A stretch of 64,000 nt of DNA from Thermodesulfobacteriota bacterium (GCA_965223335.1 OZ244991.1:2464001-2528000); one strand, 5' to 3'; positions 19,532-29,788 are shown, counted from the first letter of the stretch. Notes: a model not told the origin generated them from the sequence alone. A program made the numbers and translations.

Positions 19532-20386
19532 ATGCTCCTTAGCATTGCTTCCGTGCTCGCGTCGCTCATATACCTGCTGTTGTTCGGATTTGTAATCGGG
19601 CTACTCTACCCCCCGCTTATCATCCCCTGGTCCAAGACCCCCACACGCAAACGGGTGCTCGAGATATTTACATTTGCCTTTTTGGCGGTGTTTACATTGT
19701 TTATGGCCATCGCCCCCCAGATGAGCCCCCTTGCCAAGCTCACCGGGCTTACCACCTTGGCGTTTTTGGTTGTTGCACTTTGTATTTTTGCCCCCCGCGT
19801 GGTCACCCCATGGATGAAAGAACCCAACCGCCAGAGTGCGTTCCTGTTCTATCTGCCCGCAGTGCTGCTGTTGGTGTTGGCCCAGGGCTATCTGCATTAC
19901 ACCCGTCCCGTAGACTCGCGCTACGACATACCCAAGGCCGGGCTCGCCGGAGCTTCAGAGGACAGGCTTATTCAAAACGCTATCGCCAAAGAGCTCCGAG
20001 GTGTCACGGTGCTAAACAAAGAGCGGATACGCGAGATCGAGGTCCAAAAACAAAGAGGCGGCTATACGGTAAAGGTCGACTACAACCTGGACGACCCGGT
20101 TTTCAAGGACCGGTTCGAGAGCATAATCAGACAAGACTTGGCAAAAATCTTCGGTGCCGTATACACAGGTGAATTCGACGTAAAGGACGTAGAGGTAAAC
20201 GCCTATTTCCCCACGGGCGAGAAGTACATCGACCCCAAATACGAGCGTGTACGCACGGTGTCGCTTTCCGGGTCCACCGCAGAGGACATAGACTGGAAGA
20301 AGAGCTCCTATGAGCTCGAGACCAAGATACTCCCCGCTGTGTGGTCAGACGATTTCACCCACCCGAGTTTCCAAAATAAACAGTAA
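19532..20386 (+). CDS. Membrane protein, paralog 2
   Basis: GLLYPP, VDSRY, KELRGVTVLNKERIREI, ILPAVW. Confidence 0.75.
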   Translation: MLLSIASVLASLIYLLLFGFVIGLLYPPLIIPWSKTPTRKRVLEIFTFAFLAVFTLFMAIAPQMSPLAKLTGLTTLAFLVVALCIFAPRVVTPWMKEPNRQSAFLFYLPAVLLLVLAQGYLHYTRPVDSRYDIPKAGLAGASEDRLIQNAIAKELRGVTVLNKERIREIEVQKQRGGYTVKVDYNLDDPVFKDRFESIIRQDLAKIFGAVYTGEFDVKDVEVNAYFPTGEKYIDPKYERVRTVSLSGSTAEDIDWKKSSYELETKILPAVWSDDFTHPSFQNKQ

Positions 20387-20538
20387 CTTGTGCCCTTTCC
20401 CGGGCTTATCCCCCCACTACCCGCCTGTTTGCAAATATCTCTGGTTTATATACAATATTTTAAATAATCAGGTATTGCACCAAATGAACTTGGTTGTGTT
20501 TTTCGTGGGCCAGACGCAAAAAGTGATCAACCAAGCTT

Positions 20539-21399
20539 ATGCAGATATTTACCGATAAGATAGAAGAGATAGAGTCGCCCTACTCCGGTATCCGGATAAA
20601 GGAGTACCACGTAGAAAAGCGCCGCCTCCAGCTCGAGCTCCTAAACATTCAGCAAAAGATAGTCAAAAAGGGCCAGCGCCTCTGCATCACGTTCGACGGG
20701 CGCGACGCTGCAGGCAAGGGCTCTACAATACTCAGATTCACACAAAACATGATGCCCAAGCACTACCGCATTGTGGAGCTCGGGATACCCACGCCAAAAG
20801 AGTCGAAATACTGGTTTAAGCGTTACGAAAACTACCTGCCCCGCCCGGGCGAGGTCGTGTTCTTTGACCGCTCGTGGTATAACCGCGCGCTCATCGAGCC
20901 CACCATGGGCTACTGCTCTAAAAAACAGTATAACTACTTCATGAAAAAGGTGTTGGACTGGGAACACAAGCTCATAGACAAGGGGCTTAAGCTCATAAAG
21001 TTCTATCTCTCGGTCGATAGCGAACAACAGTTGGTCAGGTTTCAAGAGCGCCTTTCCGACCCGCTTAAGTTCTGGAAGTTCTCCAAAAACGACTTCCACG
21101 CCCGCAAGAAATGGGAGACATTCACAAATTACAAGGAACAGATGTTTCGCCACACAGCCTCAAAAAAATCCCCCTGGGTCATGATCAAGGCCAACTCCAA
21201 GCTCGAATCCCGACTCACAAGCATGCTCTACACGGTACGAAAACTCGGCAATAAAAACTACATCCCGCTTACCGGCGAAGACGTATCCGAGCGCTACAGC
21301 ATCGAGGTAAACGGTGTAATGTTCAACGGACTAAACAAACTCCAGTACGAGACTCTAAGGGAAATCGAAGATGGCTCAGCAACAGGACTACACACTTAA
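20539..21399 (+). CDS. ppk2: Polyphosphate kinase 2
   Basis: FDGRDAAGKG Walker A, FDRSWYNR, DPLKFWKFS. Confidence 0.95.
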   Translation: MQIFTDKIEEIESPYSGIRIKEYHVEKRRLQLELLNIQQKIVKKGQRLCITFDGRDAAGKGSTILRFTQNMMPKHYRIVELGIPTPKESKYWFKRYENYLPRPGEVVFFDRSWYNRALIEPTMGYCSKKQYNYFMKKVLDWEHKLIDKGLKLIKFYLSVDSEQQLVRFQERLSDPLKFWKFSKNDFHARKKWETFTNYKEQMFRHTASKKSPWVMIKANSKLESRLTSMLYTVRKLGNKNYIPLTGEDVSERYSIEVNGVMFNGLNKLQYETLREIEDGSATGLHT

Positions 21400-21847
21400 A
21401 GACACTGTCGGCCTCCCGCTTATAATGTCGGCAGGCGGGCTTGTGGTAAACGACCAACGACAGGTGCTCTTTATATTCAAGCGCGGCAAATGGGACCTGG
21501 CCAAAGGGCGTGTCGAAAAGGGACAGAACCCGGTCGACACCGCTATAAGAGAGGTTGCGGAGGAAACGGGCATTACGGCCAATAAAATTGAGGTCGTTGG
21601 CAAACTCGTGCCCACATGGCACTCCACACGGCGAAAGGGCCGCAAATACCTTAAAAAAACCCACTGGTATCTAATGAAATACAGCGGCAACAACGACAAA
21701 CTTAGCCCCCAGTACTCAGAAGACATCATAGAATGCCGCTGGGTAAGCATCTCGGGCATAGACCCTCTTCGCCCTCGCATGCACTCGGCCATACAATATG
21801 TAGTGGATTTCTGGCTTACCAATCTGGCCTACGATAGAAGTGACTAG
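21371..21847 (+). CDS. Nudix hydrolase
   Basis: WDLAKGRVEKGQ...AIREVAEETG Nudix box; overlaps ppk2. Confidence 0.92.
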   Translation: MAQQQDYTLKDTVGLPLIMSAGGLVVNDQRQVLFIFKRGKWDLAKGRVEKGQNPVDTAIREVAEETGITANKIEVVGKLVPTWHSTRRKGRKYLKKTHWYLMKYSGNNDKLSPQYSEDIIECRWVSISGIDPLRPRMHSAIQYVVDFWLTNLAYDRSD

Positions 21848-21855
21848 TACAAAAC

Positions 21856-22344
21856 TTATGAGACCCCAAGCGCACTGTTTAGAAACTCACGCAGCACCAG
21901 CATCTGCTCGCGTGCGAACTTCTGCCCGCTAAGCGCTATCACATACGCTCCTTTGATCATTATAATCGACACCGGTATAAGCCAAAGGCCCCACTTGCTT
22001 GTGCCCGCAAGCCACTGCGAGCCACCCAGCACCAACCCCGCTATCCCCACAAAAACCGCAAACACATAAAACGACATAAACAGCGTCCAGACCGACGGGG
22101 TGGGACCCAGCATGCATTTTACCAATGTGCCCCCCTCGGCCTCGGCCACCATCTCTGCGCTTAACTCGGGCGACCAAAAGTGCTGGTTGCTCTTTGGGAT
22201 CCCAATCACCGAGAACCGCCCCACAATCTTGCCCGTAATGTTAGCGTCACCGCTCTTTAGCTTTTCCCTTATCCTGCCAAGCGCCTCTTCGGGTGTGTAG
22301 TCCACTGTAAACTCGTATTTGGGCCTTATCTCGATCTTGTTCAT
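21856..22344 (-). CDS. Two-TM hypothetical membrane protein
   Basis: HFWSPEL...GPTPSVWTLF followed by two TM helices. Confidence 0.75.
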   Translation of the reverse strand: MNKIEIRPKYEFTVDYTPEEALGRIREKLKSGDANITGKIVGRFSVIGIPKSNQHFWSPELSAEMVAEAEGGTLVKCMLGPTPSVWTLFMSFYVFAVFVGIAGLVLGGSQWLAGTSKWGLWLIPVSIIMIKGAYVIALSGQKFAREQMLVLREFLNSALGVS

Positions 22345-22462
22345 AAAATCGATTATAAAATAATTGCTATACGATTGTCCATATTTTTTAGCCCCAAGCG
22401 CAAGAAAATCCCTTCACACTAAACACTCAAAAATGGTAAGATAACAACCTGACACCACCGAT

Positions 22463-23266
22463 ATGTACTCAAAACTTAAACGAAAGATATACGAGATCAT
22501 CGAGCCCGACGCGCACGACTACAAGATAAGTAACGCCTTCGATATGTTCATCATGGCGCTTATCGTGCTAAACGTCATAGTCATCATACTTGACACCGTA
22601 CAGAGCATCCCCGAGATCTATCACTATATATTCCGCATGTTCAATATCTTTTCGGTCATCGTGTTCACTATCGAGTACATACTTAGGATTTGGACGGCCA
22701 CCGAAAACCCTAAGTACAAAGAGCCCGTTCGAGGACGGCTAAGGTTCATGGAATCCCCTCTTGCAATTATAGACCTTGTAGCTATCCTGCCCTTTTACCT
22801 GCCGTTTGTAACCACTATAGACCTCAGGTTCCTCCGAGCGCTTAGACTGCTTAGGATTTTGAAGTTGACCCGATACTCCAAGTCGTTCAGCATAATGATG
22901 AGGGTGCTGCGTTTGCGCCGCGGCGAGATATTCGTTACGGCAATTATAGTTATTATTCTCTTGGTCATATCATCGAGCTTGATGTACTTTGTCGAGAACG
23001 ACGACCAGCCCGATGTGTTTAAGAGCATCCCCCATGCCATGTGGTGGTCGATTGCCACTCTAAGCACAGTGGGCTACGGCGATGTAAGCCCAGTGTCCCC
23101 CATGGGCAAGGTGCTGGGCGGTATTGTAGCGGTGCTGGGTGTGGCACTCTTTGCACTGCCCGCCGGTATAATAGGCTCGGGTTTTTTAGAGGAGATTCAA
23201 AAGGAAAAGAGAGAAGCCATCACCTGCCCCCACTGCGGCAAAACCATAGACCACAGCCATAACTAG
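22463..23266 (+). CDS. Voltage-gated-type potassium channel (6TM ion transporter)
   Basis: TVGYGD filter; RFLRALRLLRILK S4 helix; C-terminal CPHC. Confidence 0.95.
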   Translation: MYSKLKRKIYEIIEPDAHDYKISNAFDMFIMALIVLNVIVIILDTVQSIPEIYHYIFRMFNIFSVIVFTIEYILRIWTATENPKYKEPVRGRLRFMESPLAIIDLVAILPFYLPFVTTIDLRFLRALRLLRILKLTRYSKSFSIMMRVLRLRRGEIFVTAIIVIILLVISSSLMYFVENDDQPDVFKSIPHAMWWSIATLSTVGYGDVSPVSPMGKVLGGIVAVLGVALFALPAGIIGSGFLEEIQKEKREAITCPHCGKTIDHSHN

Positions 23267-23482
23267 CAATATACACCAATTACCATAATTTACTTGTTAA
23301 CTCATAAAATAATACCCCACAGTCAAATTTACCCTGACTAACTACATTATATATATGTTGTTACCTATTATTATCATTAATAATTATAGTAGTTCCGACA
23401 TGAATCCCAAGAGCTGATCAAAGTTATTTATAGCAATTTAGTATCAACTCGCTAAAAATCGCCCCTTTTCAGTAATTATATA

Positions 23483-24532
23483 TTGTGCTATATGTTTAAT
23501 ATATCGATAATTATGCAACTAGTTATATGCATAACGCTAACGAGTGTGTATGGAATGCAGAGCATGTTAATTGACGGGCTTTTGAAACAAGAGTCCGCTA
23601 CTACCGCATCACAACTGGCACTGTGGCAGTCTTTCAATATATGGAAGGTTGCATTTAGACATATCAGAACAGCTCTAGTGGATGAACAAAGAGTAAATAG
23701 CCTGCTATCAAATGAAACACACAACCTATTAATTGATTATGGCGATATACCCGGGGCACTACAAGCCGATCTATTAATAAGTATAGCAAAACACCTTGGC
23801 ATTGAGTATCGCAACACAACCAATAAACAATCTTTAGACCAACTGGGCCAGAACATCGAGCTACACACCATCCAACTAGTGCAAAAGAGTTCAAAAGGAC
23901 AATTCAAAGGAAACTCGACACCCGAACTTATCAGATACAACCTGCAAACCATGTTCGATACAACAGCCGAGGGATTTAACAGCAAATCACCCGAGGAGCA
24001 AAAAGAGATCACCCGACAGATAATCACATTGATAAAGAGTATGCCGGACAACCAAAAAGAACTTGTCCTCTCTAAACTCAGAATAAACAAGTTAAGTCAT
24101 AACAGTATAGGTCGTATCATAGCAGCCGGCGGCCTGGGGACAGCCTTCGTAGCAGTGGTGGATGCCGCCGGTTTTTCTGCATACATATTTGCCGTAAAAG
24201 CGTTATCCGCCGTCTCGGGTGCAATTGGGCTTACACTCCCCTTCACCGCCTATACCGGACTCACCTCATTTATAGCGTTATTTGCAAACCCCATAATAGT
24301 CATCCCGGGTTCAATCTCGTTAGGCTACATACTTACCAAAAGAGGTAATAAGCTAATAAGAAACGCCTATCTGCCTACTCTAGTCTCACAGATAGCTGTT
24401 TACTCCACGCTTGATAGCACAGCAAATACAGATCCACGTGCAATTATTGGTGTAATTAGAGATCAGGAACCCGCGCACATCAACAATGCAAAAAAACAAG
24501 TTGTTACATATATCAGAAGCAAAGTGAGATGA
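23483..24532 (+). CDS. YaaW/UPF0174-like protein (start uncertain, possibly 23555)
   Basis: C-terminal hydrophobic AGFSAYIFAVKALSAV...GLTLPFTAYTGLTSFIALFANP resembles YaaW family; AT-rich. Confidence 0.55.
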   Translation: MCYMFNISIIMQLVICITLTSVYGMQSMLIDGLLKQESATTASQLALWQSFNIWKVAFRHIRTALVDEQRVNSLLSNETHNLLIDYGDIPGALQADLLISIAKHLGIEYRNTTNKQSLDQLGQNIELHTIQLVQKSSKGQFKGNSTPELIRYNLQTMFDTTAEGFNSKSPEEQKEITRQIITLIKSMPDNQKELVLSKLRINKLSHNSIGRIIAAGGLGTAFVAVVDAAGFSAYIFAVKALSAVSGAIGLTLPFTAYTGLTSFIALFANPIIVIPGSISLGYILTKRGNKLIRNAYLPTLVSQIAVYSTLDSTANTDPRAIIGVIRDQEPAHINNAKKQVVTYIRSKVR

Positions 24533-25848
24533 AAAACCAGAGTCTGTACGAACGCATTAGCGAGATTGCTGTATCGTGTCGAAATCCCCTTGAAATCCTC
24601 AACGCAGAGATCACACCTAGGTCACCACATGATAAATTAGCTTCCATCCTCCGGGGCCACGACCCTGCATACGACCTGGGCATTATCGGTCTTACCGTAG
24701 GGGACCTCATATACGACTATATGCGCCTTGATCCCCGCGTTGTAGAGGCTGCGGATTTTGCGCGCACAGAGGACCTGGGCGATATGTTCAAATTCTCGTC
24801 CTACGCCGACTCGCTCGGGGACTTGCCCCCCGGTTCATTCGACGGCCACGTATACAGCATCAAAGGCTACGTTGCCGAGCGGTTCACTGCCCAAGAGCTA
24901 CAGTCCCGCGGCATGGAGGTCGAGTTTCCCCAGGAGCCCAATCAGCCGGGCTACGACCTGTTGGTAAACGGCGAGCCGTTTCAGGTTAAATGCAGCACCG
25001 ACCCCGACACGGTGTACGAGCACTTCGATAGATACCCCGATATACCCGTGTTTGTAAACGAAGAGCTGGCAGAGAGCCTAGCAAACACAGACAACGTATA
25101 TACGGTAGAGGGTTTAAATAACTCCGAGGTCGAAGCAGCCACACGCGAGAGCATGGACGCAGGTGCGGACCTGCTTGATTACGAAGTGCCCCTTATCGCA
25201 GTGAGTGTTGCGCTGGGCAGAAACGCCGTCAGACTGGCCCGGGGCACCACAGACCTAAAACACGGGGCCCTAAACGCTGCATACGATATTGCCGGGGGTG
25301 TAGCGGGCGGCGAGGCAGGTGCCGCGGGCATGGCGCTTGTAGGGGGTGTGCTCGGCCCCTACGGGGTAATCACAGGCGGGATAATTGGTGCGGTCACAGG
25401 CACCATCTACGGCAGGCGAATACTCTCTGGTGCCAAGACCCTCATCCACACCCGAAGCCAAGAAAAAGAAGCCCACACCGCACTTAAGCAATACATTGAA
25501 GCAGCGTTATCCGCCGTGCCTAGGTCCAAAGAGGTCTTCGAGAACAAAACGACTGGGCTTTTGGATGCCCTTGGGGCCCATGGCCCCGAGGCAGACTATA
25601 TCAAGACCTACTCCGAGCTTAAGATCTGGCAAGAGAATTATTACCTAAACAAAACCACCGAGCTACTGGAAAAGTCAGGCGACGACCCCCTTGTACTCGA
25701 CTGCCAGACCCGCGACATCATAAAAGCAAGCATCGAGGCCATCTCGCTCTCGGCCCAAGCCAAGGTTCACCCGCATACAGTTAAGGACAGCTTTAACAAA
25801 CTCATTTCGTCACTAAACTCTCTTGAAGCTAAAAGGAAGAAATTGTAA
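24529..25848 (+). CDS. Hypothetical protein with PD-(D/E)xK-like motif and glycine-zipper segment
   Basis: KGYVAE...NQPGYDLLVNGEPFQVK; GGVAGGEAGAAG...GPYGVITGGIIGAVTG; ATGA overlap with upstream gene. Confidence 0.6.
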   Translation: MKNQSLYERISEIAVSCRNPLEILNAEITPRSPHDKLASILRGHDPAYDLGIIGLTVGDLIYDYMRLDPRVVEAADFARTEDLGDMFKFSSYADSLGDLPPGSFDGHVYSIKGYVAERFTAQELQSRGMEVEFPQEPNQPGYDLLVNGEPFQVKCSTDPDTVYEHFDRYPDIPVFVNEELAESLANTDNVYTVEGLNNSEVEAATRESMDAGADLLDYEVPLIAVSVALGRNAVRLARGTTDLKHGALNAAYDIAGGVAGGEAGAAGMALVGGVLGPYGVITGGIIGAVTGTIYGRRILSGAKTLIHTRSQEKEAHTALKQYIEAALSAVPRSKEVFENKTTGLLDALGAHGPEADYIKTYSELKIWQENYYLNKTTELLEKSGDDPLVLDCQTRDIIKASIEAISLSAQAKVHPHTVKDSFNKLISSLNSLEAKRKKL

Positions 25849-25879
25849 AGATATGCAATAAATGTGGTAGTAGTATTTA

Positions 25880-26235
25880 CATATCTTTTGTCTTTTGCTT
25901 TTCCTTCATGGTGTCACAGACACCAGACCCGACATTCAACCCACTACCCCATTGATACCCTGTCGGTCGCTGAACAAACGCTCCCTTGCGGTCCCCATGG
26001 GCACTAAAGTCCCGGTACTATCTTTTGCCTGGGTCGCGAGACCCTGGTCCCCATATGTGCCTTCATATCTTTCATCTTTAGCCTTTCCCCTAATGGCGTC
26101 AAAGACACCAATCCGACATTACGGCAATGGCGTATAGAAAACCGGTACTATCTTTTGAAAGGGGCGTCCACGCCCCCCCGCGATCCCATTCATACCCTAT
26201 CGGTCGCAAAAGACCGCTCCCTTGCGGCCCCCATA
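25880..26235 (+). repeat. Mosaic repeat cluster: two truncated structured elements (F1 25880-25938, F2 26057-26141), two CCCT..GGYCCCCAT units, two GGTACT hairpin modules
   Basis: TGGTGTC-ACA-GACACCA-g-ACCCGACAT; TGGCGTC-AAA-GACACCA-ATCCGACATTACGGCAATGGCGTATAGAAA; GGTC-GCAAAA-GACC. Confidence 0.85.
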
Positions 26236-26287
26236 TACATTTATTCTCTAATTATGGAATTAGCGCAAAATTGTGTATATTTGGGAC

Positions 26288-26809
26288 ATGCGAAAACTTA
26301 TACTAATAATAACCCTACCCCTACTGCTCACCTCGTGTGGGTACAAACAACTCTCATTACTCGACATTGCACAGCTCATGCAGGCCCAGGCCTGCCAGGG
26401 CAACATCGACGGCTTCTTTTCATACATAGACAAGACCGCCGTTAAAGACAACCTCCGACAACAGGCGTTTAACAAACTCACCAGTGAGCTACCCGTAGAC
26501 AAAATGGGCAGCATAGGCACAAGCATTATCGAGGGTGTGGTGGCTTCGGCCCTGCCCCTGATAATGTCCGAGCTATGGGGGTTCCTAACCACCGAGCTCG
26601 AAAAGGGCCAAGACGGGCTGCTCTGCAAGGTAGCACTTGCCCCGTCTCGTAGCGGCAAAGACACCATACGCGTAACATTTGCCGACAGTGTATCGATGGA
26701 CTGGGGTTTTAAGCACGAGTCGGGCAACATATGGAAGATGATCTCCATCGAGGACCCCACTCTACTGGAAGGTCTCTTTGCGCAACTGCCCCAGATATTC
26801 TTAAACTAA
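26288..26809 (+). CDS. Lipoprotein, tandem family member 1 (DUF2939/NTF2-like by inspection)
   Basis: LTSC lipobox; AQACQGNIDGFFSYIDKTAV...WGFK. Confidence 0.8.
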   Translation: MRKLILIITLPLLLTSCGYKQLSLLDIAQLMQAQACQGNIDGFFSYIDKTAVKDNLRQQAFNKLTSELPVDKMGSIGTSIIEGVVASALPLIMSELWGFLTTELEKGQDGLLCKVALAPSRSGKDTIRVTFADSVSMDWGFKHESGNIWKMISIEDPTLLEGLFAQLPQIFLN

Positions 26810-26889
26810 GCTGTGCATCGCGACCCAAGCGCTATTAACTCCACACACATATAGGTTATGATATATAGGTGTATTCAATTTATAGGCCC

Positions 26890-27408
26890 ATGAGAGCATA
26901 CAGTCTCTACATACTCCTTTTACCTGTTTTGTTGATCGTTTCCTCGTGTGCAAACCCTGCCGTGTCCACTGCCGAGAAAATGCGCGCCCAAGCCTGCAGC
27001 GGCAACGTAGACAAGTTCATGGCATATATAGACCGCTATGCTGTTGAGGACAATATTAAAGAACAGGCCATCGAGATGGTACGCAAAGACAAAGACGAGG
27101 ATAAATGGGAGAGCTTTGGACGCAAGCTCATCGAGAGCGCAATGGCACAGGTCATGCCCCAGCTTATGACCGGCGTGTGGGACTACCTGCGCCAAGACGT
27201 GCGCAAGGCCAAAGACGGCGATATATGCAATGCTGGCATAGCACCCACAAAGGACAAGACTAACACTGTAACCCTTACATTTCCCGACGGCGACACCATG
27301 TACTGGGGATTCGAAAAGACCAAGGACTCTTGGGAGCTCGTGTCCATCACCGACCCCCTACTGTTTGAAAAATCCGGCTCCAAACTGGGCGGGGCATTCA
27401 CCAACTGA
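26890..27408 (+). CDS. Lipoprotein, tandem family member 2
   Basis: VSSC; STAEKMRAQACSGNVDKFMAYIDRYAV...WGFEK. Confidence 0.8.
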   Translation: MRAYSLYILLLPVLLIVSSCANPAVSTAEKMRAQACSGNVDKFMAYIDRYAVEDNIKEQAIEMVRKDKDEDKWESFGRKLIESAMAQVMPQLMTGVWDYLRQDVRKAKDGDICNAGIAPTKDKTNTVTLTFPDGDTMYWGFEKTKDSWELVSITDPLLFEKSGSKLGGAFTN

Positions 27409-27501
27409 GCCACATAACAGCCAAAAAAAATAATTTTATCTCCCGACCTTTAGGCTATTATATAAGGAGTACAAAATATAATTAAAGGAACCATAAACAC
27501 T

Positions 27502-28560
27502 ATGATAAAACACAAAATTCACCTGCTTTTTCTATCCACACTGCTCATGCTGGTATCGTGCGCCAACTCACCCTCATCCACCACCGAGAAAATGCGCGAC
27601 GCAGCATGCAAAGCGCACACAGAGAAGTTTTTCTCATACATCGATAAAGACGCCGTATCGGAGAATATAAAAGATCAGTTCCTTACTCAAGAACGCGAGA
27701 AAAACGATTCGAAAGAAGATCTATGGGGACAGCTCGGCAAATCCATCGGCGAGTCCATACTAGGGCTCATGCTCCCAGCACTCATGGCCCAGGTCTGGGG
27801 CGGAATAGAACGCGATATAGAAAAGGGCAAGTCGGGCCAATTATGCAGACTACAGATTGCCAACAAAGATAAAAAGACAAACAAAGTCACTATCGAGACC
27901 CCAGACGGCGACCAAATGGTATGGGGGTTCCAAAAGATTGACGACAAATGGACACTCACATCCATATATGACGAATCGTTGCTGGGCCCGGTAACAAAAC
28001 CCGGCATCAAAATCGAAGAGCTAAAAAAAGAGGGCAAAGAAAAACTCGACAAACTGCTCAATAAAGGCAAGTCGTACCTAAAAGCCGAGAAATACGATAA
28101 AGCCATCGCCGCATTCAAAGAGGCGCTGGATATCGACCCCACGTCCAAAGATGCCATCCAGGGCATAGAACAAGCCACCAAAGCCCAGGGCACCGTAGAC
28201 ACCGACGCCATCGCCTCAAGCCGGATAGTCGTTTACGACCTCGATGCCAAGTACTACGACACAGACAAAGAACATAACATCCCGGGCGTGCGCTTTAAGC
28301 TCAAAAACCGCCACGATAAAGCGGCCACAAAAATTGGGGTCACTGTGTACTTCAAGGACACTCTAGGTAACATAATTGCCGAGGAAACATTCTACCCCGT
28401 GGCAGCAGACCAGTCGTCCACACCCACACACAAGCCGCTCAAACCGGGCTATATATGGCAGATGGAGCGGGGCAAGTTCTTCGACGCCCCCCGGGTGCCG
28501 GACGAGTGGAAAGAGGGTAGAGCAGTGGCGGAAGTCACAGAGGTAGAGTTCGAAAACTAA
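27502..28560 (+). CDS. Lipoprotein, tandem family member 3 with TPR and extra C-terminal domain
   Basis: LVSC; STTEKMRDAAC...FFSYIDKDAV; TPR GKSYLKAEKYDKAIAAFKEALDIDP. Confidence 0.82.
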   Translation: MIKHKIHLLFLSTLLMLVSCANSPSSTTEKMRDAACKAHTEKFFSYIDKDAVSENIKDQFLTQEREKNDSKEDLWGQLGKSIGESILGLMLPALMAQVWGGIERDIEKGKSGQLCRLQIANKDKKTNKVTIETPDGDQMVWGFQKIDDKWTLTSIYDESLLGPVTKPGIKIEELKKEGKEKLDKLLNKGKSYLKAEKYDKAIAAFKEALDIDPTSKDAIQGIEQATKAQGTVDTDAIASSRIVVYDLDAKYYDTDKEHNIPGVRFKLKNRHDKAATKIGVTVYFKDTLGNIIAEETFYPVAADQSSTPTHKPLKPGYIWQMERGKFFDAPRVPDEWKEGRAVAEVTEVEFEN

Positions 28561-28584
28561 ATTACAGTAAAGGAGATTTAACGA

Positions 28585-29067
28585 ATGGTAAAGATATTGG
28601 GAACTATCACCGCGCTCTTAATACTCGGTGTGGTCGTGGGGTCGTGCACCAAGGCCTCTGACTCCACCCCCGTAAGCACAGCCGAGAAAATGCGGGCCCA
28701 GGCCTGTGAGGGCAACGTAGAGGGGTTCATAAGCTATTTTGACAAAGAGGCCGTCGAGGGCCAGTACAAGAGCCTTTTCCGCCAGGCCGGGCAAAACGCC
28801 GGTGGCGGAGGTGAGGGGGTCGATGTTAAGGTATCGGGCGGCAGCGCACCCAAACCAGACGTTGATACGAATAATCTGATTTGGGAACCGCTTTCAAAAG
28901 AGGTCAAGAAAAAACAAAATAGCATATTTTGCCAGATGGAGCTCACATTAGAGCCGGGCAAAGACGACGTGGTGCGCTTATCGTATGCAGAAGGCCGCTC
29001 CGCTAAATGGCGCTTCAAAAAAGACGGCTCCACATGGAAAGTATCGTCACTCATGGTGATTTACTAA
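28585..29067 (+). CDS. Lipoprotein, tandem family member 4
   Basis: VGSC; STAEKMRAQACEGNVEGFISYFDKEAV...WRFKK; AAGGAG RBS. Confidence 0.8.
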   Translation: MVKILGTITALLILGVVVGSCTKASDSTPVSTAEKMRAQACEGNVEGFISYFDKEAVEGQYKSLFRQAGQNAGGGGEGVDVKVSGGSAPKPDVDTNNLIWEPLSKEVKKKQNSIFCQMELTLEPGKDDVVRLSYAEGRSAKWRFKKDGSTWKVSSLMVIY

Positions 29068-29143
29068 AGGCAAAAAGTCTTTCGATCTGCCCACAAAATG
29101 TTTTATAGTTAGATTTACCAAATAGAGTTGAGGGAGGGGTTAA

Positions 29144-29788
29144 ATGGCATTGGGAGAACTTTTCCACACCAGACTTTCTATGCTGGTCTGTCTCGTAGCG
29201 GCGCTAGCCCTACCCGTTCTGCCTCTCCGAGTCTCAGCCGACGAACCCCCTGAACAGAAACCCGCAGAGACCGAGGCAATACCTAAAAAGCTAGACTCGA
29301 AAGACTTTCGAGCATCGAGTTGGGGCATGACCCGCCCTGAGGTTAAAGCCACAGAGAAGGGCAAAGTGATACTTGAGAACGAACAAGAGGTAAATTTCAG
29401 AGACAAACTCGAGGGTCTCGACGTGCAGGTGGGCTATGTGTTTGAGGACCACAGACTCACACAGGCCGGCTACTTTGTGGTCGAGGATCGCCTCTCGGAC
29501 GATTCCTATATAGTGGATTATATAAAACTAAAGCGTGCATACACCGCCGTCTACGGTAAACCCGCGCGCGATATACTCATATGGAACAATGACCTCTATA
29601 AAGGCAGCTTCAAGGAATACAGCAAAGCCGTGTCCATTGGCCACCTCGTGTACAATGCCGAGTGGCGCACCGCTACAACTGCAATAAGCTTGATCCTCTT
29701 TGGCGAGGACTACGAGATACAGCTCGTTCTGAGCTACTCGCCCATTGCACCCCCGAAACCGCCTACCGAGACCTCATCAACCAACTAG
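29144..29788 (+). CDS. Exported protein, FRxxxWGM family
   Basis: Signal peptide; DFRASSWGMTRPEVKATE, VGYVF...L.QAGY. Confidence 0.8.
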   Translation: MALGELFHTRLSMLVCLVAALALPVLPLRVSADEPPEQKPAETEAIPKKLDSKDFRASSWGMTRPEVKATEKGKVILENEQEVNFRDKLEGLDVQVGYVFEDHRLTQAGYFVVEDRLSDDSYIVDYIKLKRAYTAVYGKPARDILIWNNDLYKGSFKEYSKAVSIGHLVYNAEWRTATTAISLILFGEDYEIQLVLSYSPIAPPKPPTETSSTN

